Of a DNA stretch of 64,000 bases, positions 34,309-47,564 are shown one piece after another (the stretch's first letter is position 1; the number at the start of each line of letters is the position of its first letter). Source of the stretch: Podarcis erhardii (taxonomy: Eukaryota); NCBI GenBank assembly GCA_964252035.1, contig OZ176212.1. One strand, written 5' to 3'. The translations under genes and the position numbers were made by a program. The notes beneath the pieces are model-generated. The model saw nothing but the letters and a program-made list of their open reading frames with translations. It was not told the DNA's origin and searched no databases.

Positions 34309-36120
34309 ACTTCCGCTTGGGTGCCTGGTTATAGCGGACGAGAGCTCTTTCGGCTGAAAGAGCCCCAGTGCACTGAAGGCTGGGGAGACCACAAGAGCTT
34401 TGTGGCACCCCGAAAACAACCTCAGATTGAGCATTCTGAGGACCTGGTATTCCTGTGGGTGCCCAGAATGACTCCCCCGCTCCCCGATAGGCTCGTAAAA
34501 AGAGCTCCAAGAGCGAGCGGGGTTGGAGACGGGGGCACTTGGGAATAGACTTGCTTTCTTCACTGCATGAAGTTCTGAGTCCGGCGATCGTGAACGGCCA
34601 ATTTCTCCAAAATTTATTCGGAAAATTGTGAGTAAAAAGGATATAAATTTAGACAATAAATTTTACAGGAAAGGGAGGTCGATCGCTTCCCACTGAACAA
34701 GAGAGAAAACAGCTACTGCAGTCCAAAGCCACGAATTAAAATAGGACTTTTAGAAGACTTTCAAGTTAAACTTCCATAACCCCCCTTTTAGCAGGAGGAA
34801 GGGGGGAGAAAAACTTTTTATCTAAATAATCCCTGCATGAAATAGACTGGTGAAAATTGCCCTTTTCTTTTCAGAAGCGGATCACCCAGTGGGGAAGGCT
34901 AGACTCCATTGTAACATCACAAAGGAACAGGGTACTTTCAACTTTTGCTTTCCTCTTTGGGGAAAACAAAGTAACTGCAGCTGCCTGAACTGGAAAAAAT
35001 ATTACTAAAAGTGTCTCTTGCCCTCCAGAAACAATTTCAAAGTGGAAAAGCACTTTTTTGAGGTCCATTTGAGGAATTAAAGGTGTAAAAGTAAAGTTAA
35101 AGAAGGGAGGCACTGCTGAATTTTTTATAGGGGCTTTATAGGGGCTTGTGGTGGGAACCTGCTTTCTTCTTTGCTGTCATTTAGTCCATAAATTCCCAAC
35201 AGAAGATATTTATTGCCTTGTGCTGTAATTGTGTTGGAAGATTGGGAAAAGTTATGAAAGAAGGGGGTTAAGTTTACTGCATGTACTGTATTAAAAGAAA
35301 ACATCATGAAAATGATGTATAGATGGTACTTAACCCCAGTAAAGTTAGCAAAGATCTACCACATGAATGATAATACTTTTTTCACATGTGGTGGACGTGT
35401 CCCAAGGTGAAAGACTTCTGGGAAAAGATTTATAATGAATTGAAAAAAAATGTTGAAAAATACATTTATTAAGAAACCAGAGGCCTTTCTACTTGGAATA
35501 ATAGGAATGGAATTTCCAAAAAAGATGTCAAATTATTTTTGTATGCCACCACAGTGGCAAGACTGCTGTTAGCCAAAAATTGGAAATCCCAAGAAATCCT
35601 AGTGGTGGAGAATGGCAGATGAAGATGCTGGATTTTTTTGGAGCTAGCCAACCTGACTGGAAGAATCCACGACTAGAAAGAAGAGGAATATCAAGAAGAT
35701 TGGAAGAAATTTAAGGACTATTTAACTAAATATTGTAATATAAATAATTAGAAGTCAATTGAAAGTACCAAAAAGGCCTGGGATTAAAATATAATTCAAT
35801 TGTAAGTAAATTGGATTTAGAATAGTAAGAAAAGAGAAGAAGATAGTTAATTGTTGGAAATATTTTAGTTGAAGAATCATATTGGAGAGCCATTATATGC
35901 AGACACAATGAAATCCAGAAGGGAGGGATTCGAGGAAGTCAATTAACAATGTAAGATAAATTGGGTTTTTCAAGTGATATGTGTTTATTTTATTTTTTTG
36001 CTTTTCTTTTTTAGTATTGTAATGTGTTTTCTTTTGTGTGTTTTCTTTTCTTTTTTCTATGTTATATTTGTTATACCGTAATTGTGAAAAATGTAATAAA
36101 AATTTTTTGGGGGAAAAAGA
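34309..36120 (+). mobile_element. Internally deleted L1: 5'UTR joined to the ORF2 C-terminus and 3'UTR
   Basis: Starts ACTTCCG with a CpG-rich region. From about 35230 it reads a degenerate WEKL...KMMYRWYLTPVKLAKIY...HMWWTCPKVKDFWEKIYNEL...KKPEAFLLG, then a T-rich 3'UTR with AATAAA. Confidence 0.75.
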
Positions 36121-37478
36121 AAGAAACAAGTTTGGACACCACTGTAAATACAGATGGAATGGAGATCGTGATTCTTGAAATGCAGTGGGGTGCCTCCAAA
36201 CAAGCAAGCTACAAAAATAAATGGAAAATAAATATCTGCTCCAAAGCAGGGTGAGGTTGGGGATCCCTGTCTGTACTTCTTAATTACTCTGTATAGTACT
36301 AGAGAGTACTATATGGCATGCTATAGGTGTGTGAAACTGTGTATGTGACCCAAGAATGGAAAGGGTGCACAGCTTTGCTAGTTATATTATGGGCTGATTT
36401 AGACAACGGGTGCCCACAATGACAATGAAATCAAATATCTCTCCATTAGCATGTCCGCTTTCTTCAGTGAGTAATCTAAGTTATCATAGTGCACAATGGC
36501 AGAATATAAATACTTTAAGCAAATGAACAAATGCTTCTGAGCACTTCAGGGACATCTATGGATTGCTGCTGTGAGTCATTAACATTACCAGTAATCGGTT
36601 GGCTTCTCTCTAACTGAAGAGGAAATCACATTTAATTTTGCAAGTGCCCCCCCCCCCAAAAAGCCATTACCACATGGTAGACTTAGATACATGTCCTAAA
36701 GCCCATTCTAATATGGTAAAGCACAAGGCAGATATTCTGATCCCAGGACATTTCTTTCTCAGCTTCCCTTCACAAGACCAATCGTATGTCTTACACTATT
36801 TTTCCCCCTTTCAAAACAAAAAAGTATAGGACAGTACAGCTGAGATTTTGCAGATATGTTTTGCAGCTACATTGCTATACCTGGAAGCACAATTGTTGAG
36901 AGAGTATTGCCACCCCTGCAATTATTGAAATAATTGCTTCTCTCCCCGCCACCTACTTTCTGAGGCCCTGTGGATACACAGATACTACTTGCAAAATATT
37001 TTGCATGTGTTTGATGCAAAACCTGCCAACTATTAACTTGTATAAATAAGGCATTTGAAATACATTGTCAAGACTGCAGGAAAAGACAGTGTTGATACTT
37101 TCTATCTAAGATTTTTGTGATCTAAAGAACCAGTATTGGGTGGAGGTGTGTGTGTGCGTCTCAGTTTGACTATACTGTTGCAGATATTGGTAGACTATTA
37201 CTTGCTTTGACTTTGGTGCTATGCTGCAGTTAAATGATCTATTAACGTCACTCCTGTAGCTAGTTCACTGAAGGAAAAAGTGCTGTGCAGTCCATAGGTC
37301 ATGACATTAGGCTAAATGAGGCACCAGTTTCAACAAATGAGTAAATTCAGCTTGGAAAGAGAAAAGGCTTCTCTCTGGGAGGTCTGGTGTAGCTTAGGTT
37401 GCAATTCTGTGTGCTAGAGACTTCTATCCAGTTTTGGCCATTGTTGGGTGAAGTGCTTTGCTGGTTTACAAAACAGTT

Positions 37479-37687
37479 ATGCTACTCCTTCTATTGCTAC
37501 TCCTAACTCCTCACACAGTTCAGCAAAGTATGATATGTAGACACACTTCAGAAAGAGATCTGGTAATGTCTGAGAAATATGAGCAAGGGGGTCATACTAT
37601 TGGTGGTGTTTTTTCATTCCGTTCAGCTGCATTTGAATTCAACAGCTTCCGGGAACCTGCTGCTGATGCTGGTATTTATCTGACAAG
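37479..37687 (+). CDS. V2R vomeronasal type-2 receptor, exon 1 (signal peptide)
   Basis: MLLLLLLLLTPHTVQQ...IGGVFS... with donor AG/GTAAGC. 209 nt, phase 2. Confidence 0.85.
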
Positions 37688-38543
37688 GTAAGCACTATGC
37701 ATTTTTTAGAAATATAAAAAAATGTCTTTGGCTACATTCGAATAAATACAAAAAGCCCCTCACCCCACACTTGCACATGTGTTTAAATAATTAATTGGTA
37801 TCTATTTCTTTATTATCTATTTAATTTTCAAAGGGCTTAATCACATGAAGATGCCCTATAATACTCTTGTTCATTAAAAAAAAAAATGAAATAGAAATCA
37901 TTTTAATATGCTGGCTGATTCAGAGAGTATGCCAAAATCTACATACAAATATTCTTAGAAAGAGAACGGCAGAGCCACTGACCATCCTTCAAAAAGCTAA
38001 ACAACTTTGGCTGATCTCTTAATAAAAATCTTCACCCCAGGCACCAGCAGGGGTTGCTATGCTGCTGCCTGTGCTGGATCCAAATGGAAGAAGCAATATG
38101 TTTTTGGTTGTTAATGCATTGAGCCCATCACTCCTATGTTCATGTTGCATGTTATGTGTATATCCCAAAGACACTCTGCTGACATCCATTCCAAGGAAAC
38201 TGAACCCTAGAAAAGCATTTACTTCGGGGGGGGTGTGTGTGAAATTTTGAGACTTTGTGCAATGAATAAGAAAAATATAATTTTGTATGGCTCCTTGTTT
38301 ATTGAAAACTTATACTAGCAATTCAATAACTCAAAACTATATACGTATGCAAATGTCATTACACTTAGATGTTCACATTTGAATGCAATTAAGGTTGCAT
38401 GGTCAATGTAATCTCATCTTTTTAGTTCTGCCTCTTTCATTGGAAATACGTATTAGAAATACTGTACTGACATGTATCACGTTTTTTCTTTAAGTACTTG
38501 CCAGCTGAAAATTTTGTAACTATCAGTCCAATCCATGTTGTAG

Positions 38544-38835
38544 GGTGCTACCTAAGAATATCCAACATTTCCTGGCTTTTTGGTTTGCCATTATTGAAGT
38601 CAACAAGAATCCAAAGCTTTTACCTAATGTCACTCTGGGTTTCCGTCTACTTGACAACTTGTGCGATGGAAGACTCACTTATTTCACAACAATGCAGTTG
38701 CTCACATCAGGAGGTGTTAGGACCAATAATTATAACTGTGATACAAAGAACAGTGTCTTGGCCATTGTTGGGGGACTTGCATCTGAAAACTCCATTGAAA
38801 TATCAAATATTGCGAGCACCTACAAAATGGCTCAG
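38544..38835 (+). CDS. V2R exon 2
   Basis: QHFLAFWFAIIEVNKNPKLLPNVTLGF...YKMAQ. 292 nt with AG/GT ends, and its phase fits exon 1. Confidence 0.95.
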
Positions 38836-40648
38836 GTATGGACTTTTGGATTAGGAAGAGGGGTCATGTACTTTCAGAGGACTATTCATTCATCAAAATG
38901 ATTCATTTATTAAACATTCATCCTGATTTGCTTAGACAAAGCACTGTAAAGGTTAGATTTGAAGTCTTAATTGAGCATTCATTCTGATTGCAAGATAATA
39001 AGCATTCACCCTCATTACTTTGTGAACATTTTATATGTGTTGCTGCTAATTGTATGTATACACACAAACACATGGTTTTGCTTATATTGTTTATATTGGC
39101 TGAAACAGAATTTCATGTAAGCAAACAACCTGCAAGGCTTTCAAGAACATTTGCAAAATTTTCACTATATTTTCCTCCCCCATCCTGGATGTTTCAGCTC
39201 TTTTCACTTGATTCATTGCAGCTATATATATGCTTATGCTTATAATTACCTTAGCAGAACTTCCAAAAGATAAGTGATAGAGATGGATAGAGATGGATAC
39301 ATGGTGATAGCTAGACAGCTAGCTAGACTTTCGTCAAAGGCAAAACATGGATCTGCACAAAATCAAAACCCTTTGAAATTAACAACATACAGTATTACAT
39401 TAGAGATCAAAGGGCCAGTTTCATATTTTTTTTGTTTCCTTACCATTTTCAGTCAACAGAAGTTAACACTGGGATTCATGGTCTTATATGTTTTGCAATT
39501 TAAGCCACTACTTGGACTCAGAGGCCTAGCTGTGGGTGAGAACTTTCCCCCCCTGAGTATGGTTTCTTGATTTATGAGCAAAGTGTCATTCTTTTGCACA
39601 TAAATGTCCATAGGGAACAATTCCTCCTCCATGGTAAAGTATTATCCTCAGATTCCCAGCTTTCCACTCATCCACACTTTGTCATGTGCCAAGAAATAAT
39701 AAGTTTGAGTTTTCTGCTTGTCCCACACTTTCTAGGCGGGCACAGGTGTGAGTGGTTTTGCTCTTGCTTTACCACTTTCAATGGGAAAACCTACTCTCTA
39801 GAGATAAATTGGAGCAAATGTTAATCCAGAGAAAACCTGTCTGACATTTGCTCCAGTTGAGTGATAAAGATCAAGTTTTCTCCGGGGGAAAGTGGTAAGG
39901 TGAGGTCAATTCTTGATGAGGCCTTTGTTGAGAGAGAGAGAGAAAGAGAGAGATTCTAGTATTTTTAGAACCTGAGATGTGAAACGAAATGTAGACATGA
40001 TTCTCCTTTCGTGTGAGAAATTAGCTTTATCCTTTTTTCCAGCATTGCTCCCGAAATCTTGCCTCCCGCTCAAAATTCCTGTGAATGCCCATGTGTATAT
40101 AATGAACCAGCTATTGATCTTTTTGTGTCTATTCTGAGTGGCAGCAGCTCAGCAAATTCTTAAAGAGGTGTTTGTCGTGAGTCACTTGAAATTTAGATGC
40201 ACAGGACTGAAGATGGTACCTTTTGAACATTCAGTGACTATGTACCATCAAACACATCAAAATGGCCCTGTGGAACTCTTTTGCAACAGAGGATTGGCAG
40301 ATATAATCCCAGTTTGCTTTCAGGTATCTTCTACACATGGTATTATTCAGGAAGACCTTTTGAACCTGCAAATCTTTGCCAAGTACATTTATAAATACTT
40401 AAATACTATATATTAGATTTTGTTAAATATAGGACCAACCTAATTAACTTTAGTATTTTCCAGTTCCAGTAGCAATATGTTTATGTGACTAACTTTCTCT
40501 GATTGTTGTTACAGGTAAGGCTTTACGAGTGAGTGGTTGTGGACAAACCTATAGTACCTCCAAAGCTACCAATGTAGTATGCTTCATCTATGGGTATTCA
40601 CTAGTAATGTCTAATACAGGGATACCAACCCATGGGTGCCCTTGAGCC

Positions 40649-40684
<36 letters not shown>

Positions 40685-41230
40685 TTCAAACACTTTTGTT
40701 GGGTTTTAATAATGACAGGCAGATATAAAAGGAATAAGTGAAATAAAAAAAGGTTTCAAAAAGATTAGCTGACACAATTGTCGCATAATGCAGCTATGTG
40801 ATCTACTGAGTCAATAACTAATCATACCGAGTGGCAAAGAATGTGTGGCCCATAATTACAAAGGGTTCCATGGTCTAAGTGAAAACATTTTATTATTATT
40901 ATCATTTCAAAAAAAAATGTAAAAAGTAATCTTGAACTGTAGCCAATGCTGCCATTTACATAGACCTGTAGTACCCCATGCTTCTGAGCCACTGCATTTG
41001 TGTATAAAATAAAATTAGGCCGAGTGGCAAAGAAGCAATCTCTGAGCTTCCATTTCCTGGGGGAAGTAAGTCTCTAGTCCTCCTTGAATGCAAAATGTTC
41101 AAGTATCCCTCTAGACAATTTTTGTGAGGCAGCCAGGCTGCTCCTACCTCTTAGGGTTTTAGCCAATAATGAAGTCAGAGATGAGCTAGGCAAAATGAAT
41201 CAACTGGTTCCTAAATAATTGCTGTTTCAC

Positions 41231-41580
41231 CTTCCCAGTTACTGCACTTTTCCTGCTGCTACTTTTCTAATGCCTACCTTACTCTCAAAGCACTTCAGGG
41301 ACATCTATGGATTGCTTCTGTGAGTCATTAACATTACCAATAATCAGTTGGCTTCTATCTAACTGAAGAGGAAATCACATTTAATTTTGCAAGAGCCCCC
41401 CCCCCCAAAAAAGCCATGAGCACATGGTAGACTCGGATACATGTCCTAAAGCCCATTCTACCATGGTAAAGCACAAGACAAATATTCAGATCGCAGGACA
41501 TGTCTTTCTGGGCGCTTCCCAGTTACTGCACCTTTCCTGCTTCTACTTTTTTAATGCCCTCACCCGCCTTACTCTTAAAG
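41231..41580. repeat. Templated insertion (copy of 36540-36768) between 60-bp and 66-bp direct repeats
   Basis: 41291-41520 aligns to 36542-36768. 41231-41290 aligns to 41515-41580. Confidence 0.9.
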
Positions 41581-41784
41581 ATGCTCTTCACACACAATAG
41601 AAAACCTATATATTTTCATAAATGCTAACAGCAACTTTTAAACCCTCATTCTGCTAATACAGATCTTCAGCACCTCATCCAGTTTTGCCTTACAGTTATT
41701 TGAATTGGATATACTGTTTATGGAAGGACTGCAGATAAAGAACTTTAAATCAATACCTTACATGTGGCCTGTGTTCTCCTCCAG

Positions 41785-42636
41785 CTCAGTTATGGTTCAT
41801 TTGATCCAGTGCTAAGTGATAAAACCCGATTCCCTTTCTTCTATCGGATGGTACCAAATGAAGTCATGCAGATTAAAGGGGTAATCCAGTTACTCCTGCA
41901 TTTCTCATGGAAATGGGTTGGTCTCATTGCCCCAGATGATCACAGTGGAGAAACCTTTGTTCAGACTCTGAAGGGATTGCTCACTCAGCATAATCTTTGC
42001 GTGGCTTTCACTCATAGTATCTTGGCAATAACCTCTGCCAGAGACACAGATATAGAAAAGGAAGAGGCAAAAATGTATCACACATTCTCTCAAACCAAAG
42101 CCAATGTGGTTGTTGTATGTGGGGATTCCCAATCCCTAATCCTATTTACTTTCTGGATAGATGTGAATTATCAAGGTGCTCAAATGGCTCTCGTAGGGAA
42201 AGTTTGGATCATGAATGCCCAGTGGGACTTTACTGCAGTGGATTCTCAGAGTTTCTGGTCTCTAAAACATTTCCATGGTGCTCTGGCTTTCACAATTCAC
42301 ACAACGGTTGTGCCAGGTTTCCAAGATTTTCTTAAGGCCTTTAATCCTCACCAATATCATCCAAAAGACGAGTTCATGAAAGAATTCTACAAGAAAGTAT
42401 TTCACTGTGGAGTTATCTACTCTGATAGGACCAGTGAGATAAGATGTTCAACAGAGGAACACCTGGAGTCTCTGCCAGGAGCTGTGTTTGAAATGAGCAT
42501 GTTTGGTCAGAGCTATAGTGCCTACAATGCTGTTCATGTCATAGCACATGTTTTACATGAAATGCACTTATCCACCTCCAAGCACATAAAGTTGGGGGAA
42601 AGAAGCAGATTCGGACTGAGGAATGTGCAGCAGCAG
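41785..42636 (+). CDS. V2R exon 3 (Venus-flytrap domain)
   Basis: LSYGSFDPVLSDKTRFPFFYRMVPNE...WKWVGL...SYSAYNAVHVIAHVLHEM. 852 nt, phase 0. Confidence 0.95.
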
Positions 42637-42848
42637 GTAACATGTTTCAATATTTATTATTCTTTTATTGATAGATGATGCTGGTCCTGATGGTGATGAT
42701 GTGACCAAAGTCAATTTGCCCAACTAGATGCCCTCCCTAATTTGAACTGAAAATCCCATCATCCTTGATCATTCTCCAGGCTCTAAGATTTCGCCAACAA
42801 TCCCTACCATATGATGTGATTGCTTTGTTTTGTTTTGTTTTAAAAAAG

Positions 42849-43076
42849 CTACACCATATGTTAAGAAACATCAGGTTTAACAATAGTGCTGGGGAAGAGA
42901 TATTTTTTAATGAGCACCAGGAGTCTACAACTGGATATGATATTGTGAATTGCTATGTGTTCCCTAATGGATCCCTCATTCGAGCTAAAATTGGAATAAT
43001 GGACGCCCATACATCAGTACACAAGAAGTTTATCATTAAAGATAATGCAATAACTTGGAACAGTTGGTTCAACAAG
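42849..43076 (+). CDS. V2R exon 4
   Basis: LHHMLRNIRFNNSAGEEIFF...GYDIVN...FPNGS...ITWNSWFNK. 228 nt. The acceptor is an atypical aaaaaAG. Confidence 0.9.
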
Positions 43077-43856
43077 GTGGGTTATTTTAGTCATTAATAT
43101 TATATGCACAAATAACAAAGTCATTGTGTCATGCTTCATAAGGCATAAGTTCTGCACCACCCACATGCAAGAGGAGACATCAGCAGTGTAAGAAGTTCCC
43201 CCAGATATCTAGAAAAATTGGGGAGCCTCTAACCCCCTGCAACTGGCACTTGGGACTCTCACTAAGCCACACTCCTATTTCCTCTGCTTTGTACCCTCCT
43301 TTAGAGTTTTTGCCTCACTCGAATGTGCCCTTGAATGCCCACCATCTATTATACAATGGTGTGAGGGAATCACATTTGAGCATATTTTCTATAGACATCA
43401 ATTTTACTTGAATACGTACTTCAACATCTAGAGGGTTTATATGAATTCATACTTTTAACTTAAGATGCATGTTCTGATGGTTACCATGTCCACAAAATAA
43501 CCTATAGTGTTTTGTTGTTGTTGTCTTTTTATTAGTATTTTTAAATTTTTCTTTCGTTCTTCACTTTCAGTGATTCCCCCCCTTCCTTTTCTTACTTAAG
43601 TATGAAAATAATAGAAGGAAGGAAGGATAGTATGGATAAATTTGCCCCCAACAGAATTGTGATGTGTCATTCCTTAGTCATATGCCAGTAAATAGTGTGA
43701 CCTTTATTTGAGTCAGGGGTAAGAATGTAGTACAACTAGTGCAATAGTCTCTGCTGTTCCCTATGTCACTATTCACAGGATCACACCTATCTACCCCAAG
43801 TGAAGGATTAGCATCCTTCACCAGCAATACTTTAATCACCTTATTTTTCTATTTAG

Positions 43857-43983
43857 GCCCTGCCCTGTTCTGTGTGTTCTGAAAGCTGCCATCCAGGATA
43901 CAGCCAGAGAGTTCAGGAGGGTAAACAAGTCTGCTGCTATGATTGCACTCCATGCCCAGAAGGGATGATTTCTAACCAGACAG
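43857..43983 (+). CDS. V2R exon 5 (cysteine-rich domain, absent from the ORF track)
   Basis: [42 protein letters not shown]. tttag and gtagg boundaries, 127 nt, phase 1. Confidence 0.93.
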
Positions 43984-44634
43984 GTAGGAAAGTCCTGGAG
44001 TCCCATAGTTCTTTCAGTACTAAGTATGGGGCTGGGTGAAATTTCTTTCTCCACTTCGCAACCCAATTTGCATGAAGCGAAGGTGTGTGGACAAGTGGGC
44101 AAGAGTTAGAGTGATGGAAAGAAAATGCCCAGGCTCTGTAACATTTGGCTGGGATGCCCCTGAGAATGAGACTGCATGATGATGTATTGCCATTCCCAGC
44201 ACTGTAAATCTGACTTTAAAAAGAGAAATCTTCATATAAACTACCATAAGTTATAGCCTGAAGAAGGGAAGAGCATGAATGCCAACTAATTCCTCCGGGT
44301 AAGCAACAAAGTTAAAATTCAGCAAGCCTAGCAGCAGTGAAGCTGAAAGCCCCTCCCCACAAAAAGAAAACAACTAAATATTAAAAACTTTGTATCAGGG
44401 CTACTTAAGGTGGTGTAGTCAAGATATACTTGAACTCCAGCTCCCATCATCCCTGACCATTGGTCATGCTGGCTGGGAATGATGGGAACTGTATTCTAAC
44501 AATATCTAGAATATTGGCTACCCCTGCTCTACATACATTTCTGATGGGCTTTGCCCACAAAATCCTTGTTCCCTGATTCTACTTTGATTTCACCTGGTAT
44601 CTTACATCACTGACAGTTTCTACTCTTTTAAAAG

Positions 44635-45536
44635 ATGCAGATCATTGTGACAGATGTCTAAATGAGCAACGCTCCAACCAAGAACGGAATCAATGCATTC
44701 CAAAAGTAATTCACTTCCTCTCATATGAAGAACCTTTGGGAATGGCTTCAGCTACCTGTTCCCTCATGTTGTCTTTAGTCACTGCTCTGATACTTCAAAT
44801 ATTCATTAAGCATCAAGACACTCCAATTGTCAAAGCCAACAACCGAGATATCACCTACATTCTGCTTGTCTCTCTTCTGTTTTGTTTCCTCTGCCCCTTG
44901 CTCTTTATTGGTAGGCCAAGGAAAGTGACCTGCCTTCTCCGACAAACAGCATTTGGGCTCATCTTCTCTGCTGCTGTTTCTTCTTTGCTGGCCAAAACCA
45001 TCACTGTGGTCCTGGCTTTCAAAGCCACACAGCCAGGAAGCAATATGAGGAAATGGCTGAGGAAAAGAGTAGCCAACTCCATTGTCCTGTTCTGTTTCCT
45101 TGGCCAATTTGTAATCTGCACTGTATGGTTAGGAGCAAACCCTCCCTTCCCGAGCTTAGACATGCACTCTGAAAGTGGACAGATCATAGTTCAGTGTGAT
45201 GAAGGATCAGTCACTATGTTTTATTGTGTCCTCAGCTACATGGGCCTTTTAGCCATTATCAGTTTTCTGGTAGCTTTCCTTGCAAGGAACCTGCCAGATA
45301 GTTTTAATGAAGCTAAATTTATCACTTTCAGCATGTTGGTGTTTTGCAGTGTTTGGGTCTGCTTTGTTCCAACTTACCTCAGCGCCAAAGGGAAATACAT
45401 GGTAGCTGTGGAGATCTTCTCCATCTTAGCCTCTGCTGCAGGTTTACTTGGCTGTATCTTTTTTCCAAAATGTTATATTGTCATTTTGAAACCTAGTCTT
45501 AACACTAAAGGGCATCTCATAAGGAAATCCGACTAG
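44635..45536 (+). CDS. V2R exon 6 (rest of the cysteine-rich domain and 7TM)
   Basis: (D)ADHCDRC...FLSYEEPLG...TPIVKANNR...[21 protein letters not shown]...[11 protein letters not shown]. The spliced CDS is 2610 nt, i.e. 869 aa plus stop, with no frameshift. Confidence 0.96.
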
Positions 45537-46109
45537 TATCATCTTTGTGGCATCTTCTTCATTTTCTCATCAGAAATCAACCTCTGTTTTGACCCTAAAC
45601 TCATCTTCCAGAATAAAGCATATCTGCTCATTTTCCAGAATAAAGCATAAAGCAAAAATGGGGGAGGGGTATCATGAAAAAGGCAAGTTCTAGAAATGTA
45701 TTTATATGTTTTCAGATTAGGTTTGTGTTAATTTGAAAATATATTTTGAAAATAAGGAAGGAAAATACAGTGAAGTTACTCACTTTCCCCTCCCATGCAT
45801 ACACATCAACATGAATCAGTCAAAACTGATAAACATGGCAACTAAATTGTACATACGTCAATCTATCACCCATTTATTCTGGTCTTTACTCTGACCCCAA
45901 AAGTCATGAGGTTCATCAACTTTTCTCCAGTCTACATGTTATTTCCAGATACCTGATCATGTTTATTTATTCTATCTCACTGTCACTAAACACTGAGAAT
46001 GATATACTGTCATTTCTGATGTGAGGCATGTCAATTGTGAGGGGATAATTGAAATATGTTATTTCCACTGTACCAGCACCAAGTTCTTATAACAACAATT
46101 ATAAGGAAA

Positions 46110-46180
46110 GGAAATCATTATGAGATTGGTATCTCATAAATTGGGTCCCATGGGCCAAAGGGGAATCTCTATGGGAAGTG
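46110..46180 (+). promoter_or_regulatory. Candidate OR promoter/enhancer for OR-7: homeodomain-type and O/E (EBF) sites
   Basis: TCATTA at 46115-46120 and CATAAATTGG-G-TCCCATGGG (O/E match at 46146-46154). The motif is conserved upstream of paralogue OR-8. Confidence 0.55.
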
Positions 46181-47564
46181 AAAACATTAACCGGTCCTAC
46201 TGAGAAATAACAGGCCATACATTAATAGGAAAACAACATGAATGGTGTTGTTGACCCTGTTGCATTAGAATCAGTGTATAAATAGTTACCTCACAATGTT
46301 GCTTTAGAATTCAAGAAGATCACCAAGCAATACTAATGGATGATCTAACTATAGACAACCTGGATTTCTGCCATCTTTCTTTAGATTGAGAATAGTTGTA
46401 TTTTTAATGCTTCACAGTGGTACATGGTGTAATCATTTTTGGAATAAAACTTCTTACTTGTCTTCCATGCTAAGTTTTTTATTCTTGAGAGAAATTAAAT
46501 GCACCTTCAGATATCTGCAGTGCTTATGAGGTGTGTTATAAGGTCGCATTCAGATTATCTAAGAGGCAGCTGAGGAAGGTGTATAGGTGAACCTCCCGTG
46601 GTTCTTTTAGAAATTAAGGCAGGAAGAATTGTTCTGGGTATTTGTTTTTTTAAAAAAATCATATTGAGAGGGAGACAATGACTAACTTGGGCAAGAAAAT
46701 CACTTTGGCACACTGACAAAAAAAGGTAAGATTTTTTTTTTTGGGGGGGGAGCATATAGCGATGGGCCATCTTGCCCATTGCCCTAAGGACCCTTAATAG
46801 ATTATCTCAAAACAGATGTGTGTGAATGCTATGGAGTGTAAATGGTCCACACTGGAATAGAGTACTTGCAAATCTTTCTGCTTCAATAGAAGAATATAAA
46901 AAGGTCACATTCTCAGAGTCTTCAGCACATGGGCATTTAAACACTGCTTGTTGTTTCCAGTTGAATTCTGTTTTGAAATGTCTTTTTGAAAGCCTCTTGG
47001 TGTTTTGCTCAAGTAAAAAACTGATAAGGAGAGGTCTGAATCATAGCACAGTCCCAGAGCCCATATTTTGCATGCAGAAGACGCCAGGTAAAAAGTATGA
47101 TGTAGCAAGAGTTGGAATGGGGAATAAATTTGGTAGCGTGTTAATAACTTTGAGCATCATCAGAAAACAGCTCTCAGTCATTCATTTGTTTTCCTAAAAA
47201 CAGGTTTCCCCACTGAGACTGCAATCCTATACACATTTAATTGGGAGGAGGCCCCAGTGAACTCAATGGGACTTATTTCTGCAAAGATGTGCATAGTATT
47301 GTACTGTAAATCAGCAGCTTTTTCTGTATTCTATGGTGAGCTGTGGTCCTTCTGCATTTTGCTTACTATGCATGAAAGGAGCAGGAGTGCAGCCCATATC
47401 AATTAAAATCAGTACTAATGGACCTACAGTCCAATTACATATAAAGAAGTACTGACATTCACATCAAACCTAATTAGAATTACCATAAATAAGAGGGAAT
47501 ACTTGTCTGGGATCTTTATGTCTGGGGGTATGAAGATTTTATTTTTCAGGATGGTTAAAACCAA

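Noticed and set aside
21696-45536. Functional MHC-Ib/V2R partnership like rodent M10
   Set aside because: The MHC sequence here has stops and frameshifts. Proximity alone is not evidence, so it is kept only as a motivation for searching for relatives.
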